Of a DNA stretch of 64,000 nt, positions 63,774-64,000 are shown one piece after another. The DNA lies in NCBI GenBank assembly GCA_030704615.1, contig CM060733.1, positions 52,328,001-52,392,000 of the forward strand, read 5' to 3'. The notes beneath the pieces were generated by a model. The model saw only the letters and a program-made list of their open reading frames with translations, was not told the DNA's origin and did not search any database. The DNA is from Takakia lepidozioides. Its lineage: Eukaryota; Plantae; Bryophyta. Each line of letters begins with the position of its first letter. The stretch's first letter is position 1. Both the position numbers and the translations under genes were made by a program.

Positions 63774-63785
63774 GGTAGGGGTGTG
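63774..63785 (+). other. Polypurine-tract-like element
   Basis: GGTAGGGGTGTG immediately before the 3' LTR. Confidence 0.7.
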
Positions 63786-64000
63786 TGTCGCGGCCCTTTG
63801 CCTTGAGGGCAGGGGGTCGGGACACATGAGGGGCTGCCCCTGTGGTGGGGGCAGCGGCAGCGATAGGTATGGGGGGCTGAAGCACCCTTGAGTGCCCAAG
63901 GCACTCAAGGAGGCGGAGGCGCTCACTAGGTGGAGCCCCGCACACCGGGTTGCGGTGGAGGTGGCTCCACAAGGGGTGGTGGTAGCTTAGTGGGACTTAG
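63786..64000 (+). repeat. 3' LTR (partial)
   Basis: Matches 57541-57755. Confidence 0.95.

Larger units (their letters stand above)
57541..64000 (+). mobile_element. Ty3/gypsy chromovirus LTR retrotransposon (Galadriel-like), 3' LTR truncated by window edge
   Basis: LTR, PBS, gag, PR, RT, RH, IN, chromodomain, PPT, LTR in canonical order. Confidence 0.96.

Overview
Eukaryotic, intron-rich land-plant genomic DNA; a non-seed plant such as a bryophyte or lycophyte is an inference from the gene and TE families. The left ~29.5 kb holds four minus-strand host loci: plastid SufC (3' end outside the window), a large Munc13-like gene (C2 + MUN/MHD + C-terminal GRAM-like), a CbbY-like HAD phosphatase, and a polyphenol oxidase pseudogene. 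The right ~34.5 kb is a transposon stack. First is a 23.4-kb Mutator-like element (29637-52998; ~230-250-bp TIRs; perfect 9-bp TSD TATGGTACC) carrying a SWIM transposase and a large Ulp1-protease gene, both broken by an apparent ~14.4-kb internal inversion. Nested in it is an 11.4-kb second Mutator-like element (32271-43715; 9-bp TSD with one mismatch). Then come a LINE ORF1 remnant, a Sola-like (DUF7869-type) transposase with palindromic repeats, and a young chromodomain Ty3/gypsy element inserted into that transposase. The most notable item is the cargo gene of the nested element: a spliced ParB/Srx-like (DGNHR) domain fused to a beta-class N6A/N4C DNA amino-methyltransferase-like domain. 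Its two long introns carry arrays of a conserved 20-22-bp palindrome. This suggests a transposon-encoded, sequence-targeted DNA-modification or anti-silencing system. This copy is decayed (mutated splice acceptors, late stop), and all family calls come from motif recognition by eye, not database searches.
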